Source of the DNA: Candidatus Marinacidobacterales bacterium
Lineage (GTDB): Bacteria > Acidobacteriota > Vicinamibacteria > Marinacidobacterales > SMYC01
Length of the DNA: 64,000 bases
Assembly (NCBI GenBank): GCA_965237955.1
Contig: OZ250169.1
Location: 7,456,001 to 7,520,000 of the forward strand
Direction: 5' to 3'
Position 1 is the stretch's first letter, and every line of letters starts with the position of its first letter. Positions 60,100 to 64,000 of the stretch are shown piece after piece. The notes beneath the pieces are model-generated. The model made no database searches, was not told the origin of the DNA, and saw only the letters and a program-made list of their open reading frames with translations. Position numbers and translations under genes: made by a program.

Positions 60100-60493
60100 G
60101 CGCGAGAGACTCCCAGTGACTGTGCGTCACCAGCCAACGACCGGAATCCCGATGTAGCACCCACGTCGTGCGCCCAGAATCGCGATAAGTCTGGCCTCTG
60201 AGTTCGTACTTCGCCGTGTGCCGCTCGATCACGACGGCGACGTCCCTCAACAACTTGAAGTCTTCGATGTCGGCGTCGAGAGATTGAATCTGTGCAACCT
60301 GTCCTAGACTACGGATGTACTCGATGCACTGGTCTTTTCCGCGGAAAAGCTGCGGGTTGTCGAGCCCGAGCACGGTGGCGTCCTCGGCGAGGTGCTCCCG
60401 GTAGAGTGTGACGCGCCCCTGCACCACGTCCTGGCGGAGCCCGCGCAGAAGCTGCTCGATGTCACGGCGGTCTCTCTCGGATCCGTCGCTCAT
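60071..60493 (-). CDS. SnoaL/DUF4440 NTF2-like protein
   Basis: LAEDAT, DVAVV and GRTTWVL....GRWLVTHSHWE motifs. Confidence 0.75.
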   Translation of the reverse strand: MSDGSERDRRDIEQLLRGLRQDVVQGRVTLYREHLAEDATVLGLDNPQLFRGKDQCIEYIRSLGQVAQIQSLDADIEDFKLLRDVAVVIERHTAKYELRGQTYRDSGRTTWVLHRDSGRWLVTHSHWESLAPNRIVDRDP

Positions 60494-60555
60494 GGTGCCG
60501 CCCCCGATCCTATGGTTGTGCTATAGCACTGTTTCACAGCAACAACAACTTCGCT

Positions 60556-61581
60556 CTAGGCGGGCACCTCGGCGCCGGGAAGGCGGCCGGCCATCAAGTT
60601 CGAGATGGGTCGCGTCGTCTCGAAACGCCCCAATACGATGGCCATGACCGCCGTGATCGGCGCTGCGAGCAGCATCCCGACCGGGCCCCAGATCAACCCC
60701 CAGAAAACCAGCGCGAGGAGGATGGATACGGGATGGAGCGCGAGACCTTCACCCATGAGCTTGGGCTCAACGACGTTGCCGACAATGAGCTGCACCGATC
60801 CGGGAAGCGCCGCGATGAGACCAATGTGAACCCAGCTGTCGAACTGGACGATGGCGAGTGGCAAGGGGAGAAGCACCGCGATGATCGAGCCGACGTTGGG
60901 GATGAAGTTCAAGAAGAAGGCGAGGACGCCGAAGACGAAGGCCAAATCGAGCCCGAGGATTCCGAGAAGCGACCCGACGAGGATCCCCGTGATCGCGGAC
61001 GTCGTCACCTTGGTGACGATGTAGCGCCGGATCTTGGTGTCGATCTCACGATAGATCCCGACACGCTTCGCGTTCGGAGTCCGGCCCGCCAGCAAGAAGA
61101 TGGTAAACACGAGAACGAGGAACCCGCTCGTCAAGAAGCCGAGGACACCGCCGGCGGTGCTGCGCACCACGCTGAACACGGGGAGCTGTCCCAGGCCGTC
61201 GAGGATCGCATCCTGTCCGAGATCGACGTTGAAACGGTCCAGCACCGAGAAAACGCTTTGCGCCATGCGTGCCAATCGCTCGCGGTAGATGGGCGCGCTG
61301 TCCGCGAGCCCGCGGGCCGACACCGAAATCAGCATCACCAGCAAGGTCATGATGCCGACCACGATCAGGAGCGCAACCAGGATCGAGACCCCTCGCGGCA
61401 TGCGTAGCCGCGTCTGCATGGTGTCGACGATCGGGGAGACGAGATAGGAGAACAACAGCGCGAGCACGAAGGGCACCATCACCGCGCGCGTGTAAATCAG
61501 CGCTACCGCAAGTGCCACGCCCGCGAGTACTAATAAAGATACCGTGCTGAGCCAGGCTCGCTCGTCGGATCGCTCGGTCAT
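60556..61581 (-). CDS. AI-2E family transporter
   Basis: PFVLALLFSYL..P, LNFIPNVGS, EPKLMG..L.LHP and WG.IWGPVGMLLAAP motifs. Confidence 0.92.
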   Translation of the reverse strand: MTERSDERAWLSTVSLLVLAGVALAVALIYTRAVMVPFVLALLFSYLVSPIVDTMQTRLRMPRGVSILVALLIVVGIMTLLVMLISVSARGLADSAPIYRERLARMAQSVFSVLDRFNVDLGQDAILDGLGQLPVFSVVRSTAGGVLGFLTSGFLVLVFTIFLLAGRTPNAKRVGIYREIDTKIRRYIVTKVTTSAITGILVGSLLGILGLDLAFVFGVLAFFLNFIPNVGSIIAVLLPLPLAIVQFDSWVHIGLIAALPGSVQLIVGNVVEPKLMGEGLALHPVSILLALVFWGLIWGPVGMLLAAPITAVMAIVLGRFETTRPISNLMAGRLPGAEVPA

Positions 61582-61637
61582 GGGATAAACGACGATAGGA
61601 CACTGCGGGAGCGGTTGTCAACGCTACACGCGGACCC

Positions 61638-61776
61638 GCCATCAGCCGTCGGCCATCAGCAGGGCGGAGCGAAACGGACCGGTCGCGCCAAAAAACGCGC
61701 GTCCCGAACGACGGGCACCTGGTTCGAGGTACGGCGCGCATCGGCGGACGGCTGATGGCTGATGGCCGATGGCCGA
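61638..61776. repeat. Inverted heptamer arrays flanking a multi-hairpin core
   Basis: gccatca gccgtcg gccatca gc (61638-61660) versus gcggacg gctgatg gctgatg gccgatg gccga (61744-61776). Confidence 0.75.
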
Positions 61777-61831
61777 ATCTATCATCTGCTGATCTCCCGG
61801 CTCCATCATCCAGACGCCGACATATACCGTT

Positions 61832-63626
61832 CTACAACCACTGAAACGTGATTCCCTTCCAGATGCCCCTGCCTACTTTCTTGAAACCGCGCCAGATTTT
61901 TTGAAACTGAATGTCCTTCACGTCTTCGTTGGACATCATGCTCGTATAGCTGTGCGAGTTCCACGCGGGAAAATACAAGGTGCGGAGAAGCCGCGTGTGG
62001 AGCTCACGCGTTACCTGACCGTTGAGGCGACTCATCACGTACTCGTCTTGCTCAAATTCGGGATCGAGCTCGGCGAGGATGCCGGCGACGGTCAGCTGGG
62101 ATTTGATGAACATCGTGGTGTTGAATCGCACCGAGTAGCCTTCCCGGGCAAGAGCCGCGATGAGCTCGTCGAGAAGCTTGAACATGCCCTGCACGTCTTG
62201 TTCCGCCAACAGCTCTTCGATACGGCGACGCATCGCCTCTCGCTCCTCCGAAGTCTCCGGCTCCCAATGCACGAGCATGTCGACGTTGTTGGCTAGTCGC
62301 TTGGCGTGCTTCAGAGTCAATCCGAGCATCAGCTGAACCATCTTCTCACGCTCACGCCGGCTGAACTCCGAGGCGAGGCCCCAGTCGAGAAGCGCAATGC
62401 GATAAGGATCATCCAAGTCGTCCTCGACGCGGAAGACGTTCCCGGCATGCGGATCGCCGTGGAAGAGTGCGGTCTCTTCGCGCGAGAACAACACGTCGTA
62501 CGTCATGACGTCACTCAGTCTGCGCGCGATCCTCGGGGCGTCCGACAAACGCATCGGTGATCTTGACGCCGTGCACGAGCTCCATACAGGTGATGTTTTC
62601 GGTCGAGAACGGATAGAGCTCGGGCACCAGCACTTTCGGCTCGTGCAGGTAGTACTCGCGCGCGCGCCGTAAATTGTCCCGTTCGTCCTCGACGCGAACT
62701 TCACGCGCGAGCGCCTGACGAATCTCTCGGAAGATATCGACGAGGGGTGTCGCGCCGAGATCGTAGAAATCGGACTCCTCCTCGAGGTACGCGAGGAGCG
62801 CGTCGATGATCTCAAGGTCCTCTTTCATCGCCGCCACCGCGTAGGGCTTCAACACTTTGCACGCAGCGTCTTCCCGTTCGGTGGCACCAGGACGAGTAAA
62901 CGACACTTCGAGGACGGCGCCCACGCTTGCCTCGGCCAAGAGATGGTCTGCAAACTCGAGTTGGTACTCGCTTTGGAGCGCACCGCTCATTTCGACTTCG
63001 AGCCGCTCTCGGATCTCCTCGTACTGTGCCGTTTTCAAACCGTTCTCTACCGTCTGAAGCGCGACCCGAAGATCGGGATCGATCTGCTGATTTCTCGCAA
63101 GGATCTGCGCGAGTTTTTGCAGGCTTGGGGTGTTGGTGATGAAAGCGAGCACCCGCTCACCGCGCTCTGCGTCCATGGTGAGGTTGGCTTGCGCGACGAT
63201 GCGCTCGACGAGTCTTTGCTCGCTCATTCGATCGATAAGAAACAGCAACGAGTCGTGAATGAGTGGCACGAATTGACGCGCGGCCTCGGGCGCGATGTCG
63301 AGGACCCGCGAGCGATGGAGCAACAGCCGGAGAAGCTCGGGGCGCCACTCGTCCCAACCAGCTGACTCCAAAAGCGCGAGTGCTTCCTCGGCGCTGAGAT
63401 CGACGGCGCCGCCGGCCTTGGCCCGCTGGAAAAGCTCGAGTGCCCGCTCGCTGCTCTCCGCCGGGATTTTCACGGCGAGCTGGAGGAGGAGCTTTTGCCC
63501 CGCCTGTTCCTCCTGTTCCGCGTCGTAGTCCTGGTAGTGCGACAGGGGCGTGGGCAGCTCGATCTGCGCCGTAGCAGGCGCCACCACTGCGACGACGCAA
63601 AACACAGACAGCAGAGGTCTCGACAC
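61832..63626 (-). pseudogene. AarF/ABC1/UbiB atypical kinase with signal peptide, split by a frameshift near 62525
   Basis: KLAQIL, LAEASVG, KVLKP and MELVHGVKIT in 62511-63626; FHGDPHAGN and LLDWG in 61832-62530, in another frame. Confidence 0.8.
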
Positions 63627-63734
63627 CGATCGGATCCTAGGGCCGGATCGGAGGCGTTGTCAAAAGACGGGTCCAGGGCGTATACTGAAAACTGGCTCCC
63701 TTACAACCAGCAATCACCAGAACCCATCACCCAA

Positions 63735-63777
63735 ACTCGTCACTCGTCACTCGTCACTCATCACTCATCACTCATCA
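63735..63777. repeat. Heptamer tandem repeat (ACTC[G/A]TC)x6
   Basis: actcgtc x3 then actcatc x3, in a divergent intergenic region. Confidence 0.9.
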
Positions 63778-63807
63778 ATGAGTCGCTCTGACTCGGGAGG
63801 AGACACT

Positions 63808-64000
63808 ATGACTACCCGCGGGCTCGCCCTCGCCGTCGCCGCATTCGTCGGCTTTTGCCAACTGGCGCTCGCTACCGAGATTGTCGTCCTCATTAACGGC
63901 AACCGTATGGACGTCAAGAGTTACGAGATTCAGACTCAAGTCGTCGTGGTAACGACGTGGGACGGTAAAGTCCAGTCGTTTCCGCTTGCTTGGGTCGACC
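63808..64000 (+). CDS. Secreted protein, 5' partial (runs off the window)
   Basis: GGAGGAG RBS; MTTRGLALAVAAFVGFCQLALA-TEIVVLINGNRM..., open to the window end. Confidence 0.7.
   Translation, partial: MTTRGLALAVAAFVGFCQLALATEIVVLINGNRMDVKSYEIQTQVVVVTTWDGKVQSFPLAWVD

Noticed and set aside
61700-61740. tRNA suggested by GGTTCGA at 61721
   Set aside because: No canonical T-stem, D-arm, anticodon arm or acceptor stem.
63735-63777. CRISPR array from the short repeats in the window
   Set aside because: Units are 6-8 nt with no spacers, and no cas genes are present.

Overview
A GC-rich bacterial window. It is most likely Acidobacteriota (Vicinamibacteria-like); this is inferred from an ADOP-type permease remnant, a Ser/Thr kinase-TPR protein, a PQQ beta-propeller and Planctomycete-type DUF1553/DUF1501 genes. 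1-10.3 kb holds two near-identical paralogues of a secreted cytochrome c/DUF1549/DUF1553 protein that differ mainly by three in-frame loop insertions in the central domain, plus a DUF1501 partner, a PLP dehydratase and an intact IS630. 10.3-17.6 kb is a nested IS graveyard enclosing a panB-panE-panC-coaX operon with a pan-RNA-like leader and attenuator. At 18975-19628 is a deiodinase-like selenoprotein with an in-frame UGA and a SECIS-like hairpin, which the ORF track splits in two. 20-31 kb is a decaying accessory zone with many pseudogenes and two TA pairs. The rest holds a complete Rrf2-sufBCDSUT operon with promoter and two operator-like palindromes, pgi, a homocitrate-synthase-type 2-oxoacid elongation operon, a thiolase/aminotransferase/acyl-CoA ligase operon, an ECF-NrsF-MsrP redox cluster, an Aas-like protein and a frameshifted AarF kinase. 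No rRNA, tRNA or CRISPR array was seen. All family calls come from motif recognition by eye, not from database searches.
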